Source: Takakia lepidozioides (lineage: Eukaryota > Plantae > Bryophyta). From it: 64,000 nucleotides of DNA. The notes under the pieces are model-generated. The model was not told the origin of the DNA. It made no database searches and saw only the letters and a list, made by a program, of their open reading frames with translations. Made by a program: the position numbers and the translations under genes. Below are positions 52,820-64,000 of the stretch, one piece after another (the stretch's first letter is position 1; each line of letters starts with the position of its first letter). The DNA is taken from the NCBI GenBank assembly GCA_030704615.1, contig CM060731.1:41106001-41170000 (forward strand), in the 5' to 3' direction.

Positions 52820-52954
52820 GTTTTTAAAGCGCTTCTTAGTAATAGATATTCCTGAGAACGAGGTGGATGGGCGCTGGGGTCATGAGGTGACCCTATGGGC
52901 CCTATTGGCGGGGCCACAGGGGATTGAAGACCGTAATATTAAAAAGTCGTTTGC
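52784..52954 (-). mobile_element. Short retroposed insertion (SINE or 5'-truncated LINE) with poly(A) tail
   Basis: ~31-nt poly(T) on the + strand; 9-bp direct repeat AAACTTAGC at 52775-52783 and 52955-52963. Confidence 0.75.
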
Positions 52955-53043
52955 AAACTTAGCATCTTCTCTTCTCTCCATGTTGTTAGCTTTAGTTCCA
53001 GCGCTCTTGACACAACCAAAAAGTTTGGTATACTCCCTGTAAC

Positions 53044-53790
53044 ATGGAAGTCCAGGGAATCAAAGAGTATGATTGGACAGGAAGGCTAGATGAAGAATCG
53101 GAACAGGTTGCAGAGATGGAACTGGAGGGACTAAGGTGCTTACAAGGGATATGCTGTGGAGCAGTGACTGCTATATCAGTAGAAGAAGAAAGTACTTATC
53201 CACCTCATTTCTATGAAGAGAGAGAGGAGGAGGAGGAGTTACTTCAAGAGCCAGCCACCACCAGTTTACAAGGAGAAGATGTAGTTGGGTGGACTGTCAA
53301 AGAAGATGAACAAGTAAGAAAAGTAAATGTGGGTACTGAGGAGGTACCTAAGATGGTTAAAGTTGAAGTGGATTGGAGTAGGAATTTTTTGAAGAAGCAA
53401 AGAGTCTTTTCATCAAATACAAACATGGAGTTATGATGATTTAAAAGGGATACCTCTTGAGAATTACTAGCATAAGATTGAGTTGGAACCAGCAAGATAT
53501 TATAGAATGAATCCCAACTATGCCCAGAAAAAGGGTGAAGAAGCCAAATTATAAACCGAGTGGAGTATACTACATGGCTATGACCCATAGTGATAGTATC
53601 GAAGAAGAATGAGAAACTGAGAGTTTGTGTCAATTATAAAAAGTTGAATGCGTGCACCAACAAGAAGGATCCTTTTCCATTGTCATTCAGAAAGGCAATA
53701 TTGGATACTGTAATAAGCCATGAAATATATTCATTCGTGGATGGCTTTAGTGGTTACAATTAGGTGCAAGTGGCATAAGAAGATCAAGCA
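53044..53790 (+). pseudogene. Ty3/gypsy reverse transcriptase remnant
   Basis: W(L*)PIVIVSKKNEKLRVCVNYKKLNACT..DPFPL..SFVDGFSGYN* at ~53570-53763. Confidence 0.8.
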
Positions 53791-54228
53791 CCTCAAACAC
53801 TCCATCCCCAACCTCCAGCACTAGAAAAACAGGAACCAATCACGATCCACGTAAGTGCACCCCCTCTTCCTTCCGAATACTTAAATCTCCAAAATTGCTT
53901 TTATCACATATTGAAGAGCAAGACCAAGCTTTTCTACAGATAGAATGCTTCTCTGGCTTCAGGGCATTGTGCTCTCTCTTCTGTTCTCGTTGTTTCAATC
54001 ACAGTAGTCCTTGTTATGCCTGCTATTCTTGGACCGGTATAGTCAGGGCTTCTATGCTCTGGGCATTTGGTTCGTCCTCGCGTTATTATTCTGGAACATT
54101 TTTTTCCCTTCAATAATTCTAATAAATTTTCAGCCAGGGCCACTGTCCCCACCTGTTCATTTTTTATTTATTTTTAAATTCGGTAATGACTACCGTAGTG
54201 GGATATCCGGTTAGGCACTTGCCTGCCT

Positions 54229-57200
54229 AATATATATATATATATTCTGATGAACAGGGGGTAGAGGCCCTGGCCAAGTTTATTGAAAAGAGGGGAAAAC
54301 AAGAGAACGGAGGAAAAAATAACCTCCAGGGATGCCATAAAGGCGTATCACATGGGGAACACCCAGCACTGATAGGAAGGGGGGGGGGGACAGCAGGAAC
54401 AAGCCGGATCATGGCTAAACTATGGTGCCTGAGTGATGGTGATGAAAGAGCCCAAAGTCTTGAGATGAGCCAAAAGAAGGAGCTCCAGGATGATGAAAGA
54501 GCCCCAAGTCTTGAAAAGAACCAAAAGAAGGGGCAGAGGGCTGAAGTATGCTACCAATCCTAGGGGGAGGGTAACAGTATAAGAAGTCCTGAAAACAAAG
54601 AGACTATCAACGACCGAAATCTAGATGCACTTTAGATTTAGAACTGTGGGTCTTGCTATGCTTCCAATTGATGTCTGGTGCATAAGAAAGCGCTGATTTT
54701 GGTAGAACGGTGCTTTGCCCAAATATCCTTCCAGATTTGCTTCCATCCTTTGTTCTGCAAGCTGAGGTTCCATTTTCCATTCCACTTAGCCGTGAAATTA
54801 GCGTTGCCTAGCAACAGTTTATAGCCAATCTTGACTTTGTACCCGAGGAGAGGTGTTTTCTTGACGTCCATCCAGGTCCGTTCTCCCGGGTCAAGTTGAA
54901 GTCTGCTAAGGGGATAACGCAAGAATTAAGGGTGTCCTTTCGGCCCAGCAGAACTCTCCTCCAGGGGGTGGCTTGGGATCTGGTATCCCAGTCAGAGTTT
55001 CAAAAACTCTAATTCTAAAGGCGGATTCCTGGCACATGTGCTCTTGCTCGATATGCAATAGGGTCCCTTTAGAGTCGGCTAGAAATCTTGGGCCTTCCTA
55101 GTGCAATGCAGAGCTGGAGATAGCTAGCAAGGAAAGAATTTGTCACCTTCATAGACGCCGAACCAGCAGGGGAGGCTATTTTGCGAGTTGTCCCCCCCGG
55201 TCAGTAAAGGCAGAACGTATGACACTCCTTGCTTAATGTGCTCCCATCCGTGTCTGATAGAACTTGTGGAAATGAGCGTGGATAGGATGTTGGGAAGCAG
55301 AATGCCTCCATTTTCCCAGATATCGGCTATGTGTGAGAGTCCTTTGGATTCCCAAGTAGCCCATTTTTTGTGAAGAGAGATTAGGGGGGCATAGTCCATA
55401 TTGTTGTTTCCGAACAATGGCTGGCGAATTGCCTCCTCAAAGCAAAGCGCCCTTATTTGAAACAAGTGCGGTCTGATCGACAACCAGGCAGCCCAGATAG
55501 ACCTCCATGCGGCACTCCCCGTACATCTAGATTTTGCTGAACCATGGGTCAACCACCTCAGAGAAGGAGCCCAAAAGGGGGAGGTAAGAGGAGTAGAATC
55601 CACCAAGTGGGCTCTCACCAAGTTGCACCAGGGACTGTCACCATGCACAAGAGCTCTTGGTATCCATTTGACCAGGAGGGCTTTAATCTGTAGGGAGGGA
55701 TCAATGATGCCTAAACCTCCTTCTTTTTTGGGCCTACATAACTGCGCCCAGGAGACCAGAGCCCTCTTAGTGGGTGCTTGAGAGGAGGCACCCCAGAGAA
55801 AATTACGCATCAGAGTTTTTGATTTTACTAACCAGCTTACAGCCCGGGGACCAAACAGAGGTAGAGAACCAGATGGAAGCTAGCAAGATTTGATTGAGAA
55901 CTAAAGCTTTGCCAGCCAGGGAGAGCATGGCTGAACTCCAAAAGGCCAACTTTTTACACAACTTTTGTAGAATTGGCTCATACCTTTGATCCTCGGAGAG
56001 TCCGATTCCAACTTGGAAGCCCAGGAGAGTATGCCCCATGCCTGGCTGGAGCCACTTGAGACCTAACTCTTGTCCCCAAGGCGCTCCATGGTGTCTTGTG
56101 GCACTGGGGGGAAGCTCCGTAAGGAGACCCACCGATTTATTCCAATTCACCTTTAGTCCAGAAGCAGAGCAGAATACATGGAGAGCTTCAACTGCTCTGA
56201 CACTATTGGAGGCATCCTCGTTACTCAACAAGAGGGTAGTGTCGTCTGCATACATAGACAGCTTAACAGGCGGGCCTTGCAGTAGATTCATGCCTACAAT
56301 ATCTTGCCTAACAGTTAGGTAGTGCCCAAGAGCATCTGCTGCTATCAAAAAGAGGTATGGGGCTAATGGGCAACCCTGCCTGACGGATCTGTGAAGAGGG
56401 AAGGATTTAGATATGGTGCCATTAATCGTCACTTTGCTAGAGCAGATGTAAGGAGCAACTTCACCCATTTAGAAAAGGAGGCTGGCAGGCCCATCTTTTC
56501 CATGACTCTATGTAGGAAGGTCCAATCAATATTATCAAACGCTTTCTCAAAGTCCAGCATGAGGATAGCCAGGGGTTGCTCAGACCTCTTGGCTTCATGC
56601 ATAACCTCATTTATAAGAAGCAGGTTGTCAAGAATCATTCTACCTTTAAGAAAACCTGTCTGTTCCGGTCTGATGACCCGGGATAGGATAGGCTGAAGTC
56701 TCGATGGCAATGCTTTGGCAATAATTTTGTAGGTGGTATTAAGAAGCATGATAGGGCGGTAATTGGATATCAGGCTCATGTCTCCTTTCTTAAAGATTAG
56801 CGTAATGAGACCTTCAGAGAGGTGAGAGGGCATGATACCCTTGGAGAGGATGTCCTTAGTTAATGCCACGAAATCATCCACTATTGTAGACCATAAGGCC
56901 TTGAATAATTCTACTGACATACCGTCCAATCCTGGCATTTTGTCTGCCTTGAGAGATTGCAGGGCCTCTGCTAATTTCGTGTCCTTGAGGGGGGCATCTA
57001 GGTCATCTTTTTCTTTTGCAGAGAGGAGAGCCGGGACATGTATGAGGATGATCTCAGAGGCTCGATCTGCCTCGGCAGAGGGGAGTCTCTTGGAGAAGAG
57101 AGCGGCGTAATGTTTTTCAGCAATGGTAGCCATTTCTTTTTGAGAAGAGTAAGAAATCCCTTCTAGATTTTTAAGAGTGGCAATTGCCGAGGCCATTCTT

Positions 57201-57679
57201 CTCTGCTTGGCCTTAACGAAAAAATACTTAGACATCTTTTCCCCTTTAAGGGACCATTAATCCCCGCTTTGAGCTTCAAGGCCTTCTTTTTTTCCTGCCT
57301 AAAGCTCTAGAGGTTGGTCTTTGCTCTATTGTAGTTCAACATTGTGCAAGGACCTTCATCGTTGTGCTCCAAAAGTTGCTGGCAGAGGTGAAGGCATTTG
57401 AGCAGGGATTTTTCTCTTTGGGTTCTAGCAAGGACATAGGCCCGAGATAGCTCTTGAGACTTAGCCCGGACAACTTCTAGCTTAGAAAGAAATCTAAGAG
57501 TTGGGGATTCGTAATCATTACCAGAGGAAGACCACTCCTGCACTAGAGCATTAACCATAGCCTGAGATTTAAGGAGAGCAGGGTTTAGCTTAATCAGCTG
57601 CGCCCCTTAGACCTTGAGCCTGGGATGACAAAACATGATCTGATCTCAGCATGGTCATAATCTAGCAGTACAGGGCCCA
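54229..57679 (-). mobile_element. L1 LINE, 3' half (end of EN, RT, C-terminus, (TA)n tail); continuation of 26850-29114
   Basis: Starts GPVLLDYDHAEI. RT motifs PGLDG, YRPIMLLN, LDFEKAFD, VRQGCPLAP, MYADD; WKDIWAKHRSTKISAFL. Confidence 0.9.
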
Positions 57680-58200
57680 CACTACAACAAAATCCGGCTT
57701 TTATGTCTGCTATTTTCCAGTCGTATCAGCCTTTTATGACTGCATGACTGCCCAGTCAGTTGTGACAAATGAGTCGTAAGTGCCATAGAGTCGTATCTGC
57801 CAGTCGTGGAGCTCACTGTTGACGTGGCAACGGGGACGCCTAATCATAGTTATTGATAAGACCGTAGTAAATGACTACGAATCCATGTCAGCTTCATGTG
57901 GAACAGAAAGGATATGCCACGTGTCACGTCAAAAGGAAGGCGACAGCGTCTTTACGAGTGGCATATATGACTTCCGCAGATTAACCCCAGGACAACACGT
58001 GGAGAAGACTGGACATGACACGTGGAATCAAATTATGCAGGATGGGGGTGGTCGTTATGACTGGAGCATATGACTTCCATGACGCACTCTAGATACTGCA
58101 CGTGGGGCGAACACGAGGGGTGAAAGTGGCACGTGACGGAGGCTCTGTGGATGGGAGGTAGTCGTGTACATGACCGTAGTCATGGGCCTAACTCTAACAA
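57680..58200 (+). mobile_element. CACTA terminus (the other end of the 29115 element, now inverted)
   Basis: CACTACAACAAAATCCGGCTTTTATG preceded by CCA (reverse complement of TGG); gtcgta/tacgac-type subterminal repeats. Inner boundary unknown. Confidence 0.8.
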
Positions 58201-58659
58201 CATTGAAACATGAAAGCACCATTGAAAGCACACGAAAACACCATTGAAACATGAAAGCACATTTGAAATTGGAACATCGATTCAAATACAACGTGACTTA
58301 ATGTTCAAAGATCCGTTCCATAATCTAATCCGGTGCTGCTACAAAAATGCACAAAGCTGCAAAGTCTATGTAGACTTCCAAATGCCTGAGCAGAAGATGC
58401 ATACACTGACATCTCTCAAACTTCAGCAATCCACTACCTTCATTAGCAGTGCTTGATTTTATCAATTGTGCTGCTGCTGCTGCGGCTTCCAGTTGACCAT
58501 CTACTTATATAGGTTTCTTCTAGCTATCCTTCCACAATGAATCATAGGTAATCTGGAGCTTGAAAATCCGGCCCTCTTGGATGAATCTGCACCCACACTA
58601 TATCCCTGCTTCTTCAGCTATCCATGCCCACGAGGGTATTGTTTAGAATCTCATCTGAT

Positions 58660-59610
58660 TCCAGCTTTGGTGATGCAACCGTGTACCTCTTTGCATGTGC
58701 TTTCCAGGGCTGCCAGGCTTGCACACGCACACAAACATGATGTGGTCGAGCTTCACCCTTTCCCCCATCATCTGCTTTCAGGTCTCCAAAGCCCCATCCC
58801 GCGCTCCTGCTCTGCACGCCCTCACCACAAGGGCATATTTCAGAACGACATCAATTCAATTCCAGCTTGGACGATGTCACCACGAACCCCGTCTTCACTC
58901 ATTGCCTACTCTAGTTAGGTGCAATTATGGGCTAGGCTGATACCACATCTCATTCAGCCATATTATCAAACTGCATGCCATTTGTATCCTTGTAGTTGTA
59001 CCCAAACTTGGCATACATGTCCACTACGACAACATTCAGAATCACATCAGATACAATACCAGCTTTGACGATATTACCGTGGACCTCTGCACCATTTTTC
59101 AGGGCTGCCAGGCTTGCATTTGACATACATATCCACCAAGGCAGTGTTTAGAGACATCTAGTGGTACAATTCCAGCTTTGACAATGTCACCATGGACCAT
59201 TGCGTCCTTTCCAGGGCTACCAGGCTCACATTTGACATACATGTACACCAAGGGAATGTTCAGAATGACATCAGGTACATTTCCAGCTTTGATGATGTCA
59301 CCATGAACCTCTTGGCCCCTTCCCAGGGCTTCTAAGCTCGCATATGCATATTACAAACACAAATGAACTTGACCTGGTCTGGCTTCATCCTTTCCCACAT
59401 CATTTGCTCTTAGGTTTCCAAAGCCTTAATCCCACACCCATGCTGCACATACCTTGCAATCATGGCACTCCACAACACCACATCTTATTTAGCCATGTTG
59501 TCGAACTCTCCCTTCGCATCAGGCTTACTGCACCCACATTTGGCATACATGTCCACCAGGGCAGTGTTCAGAATGACAACTAGTTCAATTTCAGCTTTGA
59601 CGATGGCACA
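58660..59610 (-). pseudogene. PLS-class pentatricopeptide repeat (PPR) gene fragments
   Basis: Minus-strand translation ILNTALVDMYAKCG..FDNM..DVVLWSAMIARYVQHG..AL....QM....MKPDQVKF and repeated VHGDI(I/V)KAG..DV.LN..LVDMY units, with stops and frameshifts. Confidence 0.8.
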
Positions 59611-61259
59611 TGGCCAAGAGTTATCCCAATATCCCGCTACCAATGAGTTCAATGCATATCCTTGTCACATTGGCAGTATCATGTCAAAGTCACTCCCAAC
59701 TACATTCATTCAACAGCTAACTTGCAGAATCCAACATGAAAATTGAGGGCCGATTCTAATAAGAGGGGAAAACAGGGTGAAATGTGTTGAAGAAGGTGCC
59801 TTCATTAGCAGTGCCTGATTTTATCAATTGTGTCGCTGCTGCTGCGGCTTCCAGTTGACCATCTATTCATGCAGGTTTTTTGTATCTATCCTTCCACAAG
59901 GAATCATAGGTAATGTGGAGCTTGAAATCCGGCCCTCTTGGATGAATCTGGACACACACTCTATCCCTGCCCTTCAGCTCTCTATGACACTGCAAAAAAC
60001 AAGCATACATCTTTGCCTTCCTGCTAGCAGCTGACAATGACAGCCTAGAATTGTTCCAGCAAACACCCCCAACCCTACTTATCAACGAGCAACGAACTAA
60101 CTTACAACATTCAATATGCATCTCAGGGCCAAGTCTGGTGAAAGGGCAAAACAAGCTGAAATAGGTCGAAGAAGAAGGTGCCCAGGTTTCTTGTATCTCT
60201 GATCCACTGGGAATCATAGGTAATCTTGTGCTTGATATCCTGCCCTATTGGATGAATGTGGACCCACACTCTATCCGTGCTCCTTCAGCTATCCCAGCCT
60301 TTGCACACATCACGCATACATCCTCGCCTTGCTTCGAACGGCCGACAATGACGGCCTAGATTTGTTCTAGCAAACACCCCAACCCTACTCATAACACACT
60401 AGTTCCTATGCTGAATGGCATTTGCTTCTCTCTGGATTCTAACAGGCATTCACCTTTTTCCCTCGATCGTCCCACCATTGACTGGGGTCGGAAAAATATT
60501 CCTTCCACAACTTCTCCTCATCCCTATATGTTCTTGGATACTTTTTTGTTGCCACATTGGCAGTCACATGCCAAAAAAATTTAGACCGCCATAGATCAAC
60601 CCAACAAGCTAACTTGTAGAATTCAACATAGAAATCAGGGTCAACTCTGATAAGATGGCAAAACAGGCTGAAATGTGCTGAAGAATGAGCCGTTACAACT
60701 TTGTCCTTGACCTCGTGTCATGGCAGCTAGCTTTTCTTTCAACCATGGAGGATTCAACCGACCATCAACCCAAAAGGACCTCTTGTGTGTGCTGCTTGTG
60801 TCTGTAGTCAGGTGAACTCATATGGGTCTGCGAGGAAAACCACCACGGTCCAGCTGAGTAGCCATAGGTTTAAACTTAGGCTCCTAAGACCAACCTAACC
60901 CTCCCAAGGACCTTGTCAACAACAGGAAAGAATCATGATACCAACAGTAAGAACCGGCCACATTTGCAGGATGGACAATTTTCTCTGCATTGTACATTAA
61001 GAAAGTCACACCTTGCAATTGCTTTTGTCCCACCATTGATGAGGATCTTTAGAAAACTTGTGCCAGCTTTGCTTCATGCTGTACAGTAGACCTTTGTCCC
61101 CAAAATTCGACAACATCAATATTTTGATAAATTCCCTTATGTAGGAGTCCTAGTGCTCTTTCAACAACATTCATTGCAAGTCACTTTGGGCTCCATTAGA
61201 TTCTACACAATGAGGAACATTGGAACATGTCCAAACATACACAATAAGCCTATGTCTGT

Positions 61260-63338
61260 GAGGGCAACTACCGTGTGAGCAGCTCACGTGAGCATGCTCA
61301 CGCTTAAAGTGGAAAACGTGAGCAGAATCCCTAAAGCGTGAGCAGATTTCAAGCGTGAGCAGATTAGTGAATGGGAGCCTACAACCGAGGGAAGAAGAGG
61401 GCCTATTGCCGTGGACAAAAACTACAATGCACGCACGCATGCACACCCCATCCGACGGGACAATCCAAGCTCCATGACGACCGTATGATACGAATGTGCG
61501 ATGAAAAAGCTGACGGATGAATGGTTTCAGGATGAATGAAAAGTGGAAAGGATGAATGGTGGATGACTGTTGGATGGTAAATGAGCGAAATCGATGAACC
61601 ATGACTTCGTTTTTGTTTCACGTGGATCAATTGCATCTCGAGTGTGTCCTGAATTTCAGATTTGTCGGCTGATCCTGGCAGTACTTACTTTGAGGGAACT
61701 TGAAGGAAACTGCTGAAGTTACAAGGCAATTACATACAGGAGTAAATTTGAGTTACCTATGGACTCTTCTGATGGGGGTGGGGCTGTAGAGGAGGGAGGA
61801 GGATAAAACATGAGAAGTGGAGAACAAAACAAAATCGTAGAAAAATTCCTCCAAAAACAATGAACCCAAAAAATTGAGCCCAAAAAAGCTTTGAAGGTGG
61901 TGTGTGTCCAAGTGTCATCAACGACATCTTAATTCCCACCTCCTGTTGCCACAAACATTTCATGGAAAATCCCAAAAAACCAAAAAATTTGAATCCAACA
62001 AAACTACAAAGCCGACACCTGTGCAGGTCGCGGCGATTAAGGTGTCCTTAAATCCCACCAGCTGCTGCCACATGTCTTTTCAGATTATGGCCCAAAAATG
62101 GAAAAAACATAAATCCAACAAAACTTTGAAGGCGGTGCGTGTGCAGGTCAGGGCGATTAAGGTGTCGTCAACGACATCTTAATTCCCACAACATGTTGTG
62201 ATATGACAGTTCATGGAAAAACCCAAAAAACAAAAAAAAAAGAATCTAGAAAAGCTTTTGAAAGCGGTGCGTGTGCAGGGGGGATTAAGGTGTCGTCAAC
62301 GACATCTTAATTCCAACAACCTCAACAGAATTTTCAAGGCGGTGCGTGTGCAGGTTGAGGGGATTAAGGTGTCGTCAACGACATCTTAATTCCCAGCAAG
62401 TTTTCCAAAAAAAAAAAAAAAAAAAACGGTTTTTTTTTTTTTTTTTTTTTTTTTTTTCTCCTCGAATGTGGCAGATTAAGGTGTCGTTGACATCTTAATT
62501 CCTAGTACGAGTTGGCACATGACAATTCATGGAAAAACCAAAAACCCCAAAAAATTTCACCCAAAAAATTTCAACCCACAAAATTTCAACCCACAAAATT
62601 TCAACCCACAAAAATCTGATGGCGAACAAGCCTTGGCGGTAAGGTGGTGTGTGTGCAGGTGCTGGGGATTAAGGTGTCGTCAACGATATCTTAATTCCCA
62701 GTACGAGTTGGCATATGACAATTCATGGAAAAATGAAAAACCCCAAAAAAATTCACCCAAAAAAATCTTATGGTGAACAAGCCTTGGCGGTAAGGCGGTG
62801 TGTGTGCAGGTGCTGGGGATTCAGGTGTCGTCAACGACATCTTAATTCCCAGTACGTGTTTTGAAATTTTTATTTATAAAGCACGAGTTCACCTCTCTGC
62901 CTTCTTTAGATTTGGGTGTGAGCCTTTCTCTCAACCTTGGATACCTGGAAAAATGACAAGTAACCCCTCCTCAATCAACAAAGCAATGTGGATTCATTGT
63001 TGGCAATATACACTGCACTTTCACAATTGATTTGCAAACAAGACTAGCATGGTTTAAAGGATTTCGGAGCTCGGGGGATTTCGGAGCTACTACTACAAAA
63101 CAACTTTGTATTATTTCATTTATTTCATTCATCCATGTCTCATTCATCATACAGACATTCATCCGCCATTCATCCCTCATTCATCCCAACAGCATCCATA
63201 ACCGACCTTGTGATACCGGCCACTCTGCGCAGTAATAGGTCTTTTAAGTCGACTGGACGTCCGCGGTTATAGGTAGGCAGGTCCTCAAGCGTGAGCAGAT
63301 TTCTGCTCGCGGGATCTGCTCACACAATAACATCCCCC
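61260..63338. mobile_element. Non-autonomous MULE-like element (2079 bp)
   Basis: 9-bp TSD TATGTCTGT at 61251-61259 and 63339-63347. TIRs GAGGGCAACTACCGTGTGAGCAG / rc GGGGGATGTTATTGTGTGAGCAG. Mirrored GTGAGCAG and GGATGAATG repeats. Confidence 0.88.
61880..62860. repeat. Array of 8 hairpin-forming ~35-bp repeats (GATTAAGGTGTCGTCAACGACATCTTAATTCC)
   Basis: Copies at ~61912 (partial), 62035 (deleted), 62155, 62283, 62362, 62474, 62667 and 62818; most are preceded by ggtg(c/t)gtgtgcagg. Confidence 0.9.
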
Positions 63339-63399
63339 TATGTCTGTAGTCTGGAGATCTTGGAGTGGTCTATGAAAACGACTAGGGAGCAGCTGAGGA

Positions 63400-64000
63400 G
63401 CTGCAGTCTCAACCCTCCCAAGTACCTTGCAAACTCAAGGGAAAACACCTTGCGCATCCTACTTTCATGCCCTGCTCAACAATGACAACCTCGATACGGA
63501 CAGTAAAAGCAGTTTTCCTAGAACACAACGAGATTTTGACTTCACTGACTTCACTCAACAACAGTACGATCCAGTCCACACCATATGACCATACCAGAGT
63601 TTCCTCAAGCTCCATTTCTCATCCTACATGAAGAAAGCTCACCTTGTCAAGGCTATTTCTAACTTTCCGGCATCATTACCATGATCTTTGGGACCCCCGA
63701 ATCTTTGCTGGAGTCGAACAGGGAGGGATCCTGATCAAAGCTTAGCACTGCATCGTCAATGGGGTCGAATATATTCAAGCTGCCAATGTATGAGCCAAGG
63801 TTACGGTCTGCATCCTCCTTAGTGCCAAATTTGACAGAGTAAAAGCCTCTACCCATTGGGTGACAGGAGTGGTGCGTCAGACCACCTTCGGACCCCAGAT
63901 GCTCGACAATCCACTTACGGGCCGAATCCGTATCCTTGGGCCTACCTGGGAAATGCACCAAAAGTCCGTGCTGCATCATCTTTGTGGAATGATCTCTCAG
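63400..64000 (-). pseudogene. L1 ORF1 fragment
   Basis: LLVHFPGR..WIVEHLGSEGGLT..GRGFYSVKF..DSGVPKIMV is homologous to ORF1 at 36353-37190. Confidence 0.8.

Noticed and set aside
61880-62860. CRISPR-like array of ~35-bp palindromic repeats
   Set aside because: Intervening sequences are homologous to each other and of irregular length, there are no cas genes, the context is eukaryotic, and the array lies inside a TIR/TSD-bounded element.

Overview
Eukaryotic, intron-containing, transposon-rich DNA from a land plant, most likely a bryophyte-grade or other seed-free lineage (inferred from gene content and the PLS-type PPR fragments). There are two intact host genes, both on the minus strand: a NIN-like (NLP, RWP-RK) transcription factor running off the left edge, and a ~1031-aa U-box/ARM E3 ligase (SAUL1/PUB43-44/NOP1-like). 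The rest is nested mobile DNA. The standout is a ~10.8-kb Mutator-like (MULE) DNA transposon at 7512-25138, with an 8-bp TSD (CCTGCGAT) and degenerate TIRs. It carries two divergent genes: a GCM-domain/DDE/SWIM transposase, and a spliced accessory gene fusing a ParB/Srx-like domain (DGNHR) to a bacterial/phage-type beta-class N4/N6 amino-DNA-methyltransferase fold. An array of CGCCGGCG palindromes lies between them. The methyltransferase is hidden in the ORF track because a chromoviral Ty3/gypsy element (16157-23004, TSD ACCCC) and introns split it. This copy is decayed. Also seen: a related 2.1-kb non-autonomous MULE with a hairpin array, a LINE split by a CACTA element whose halves now lie ~28.6 kb apart in opposite orientation (implying a large inversion spanning the U-box gene), CACTA derivatives, a Helitron with stacked 3' ends, several L1 remnants and PPR fragments. 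All domain calls are from motif recognition by eye; no searches were run.
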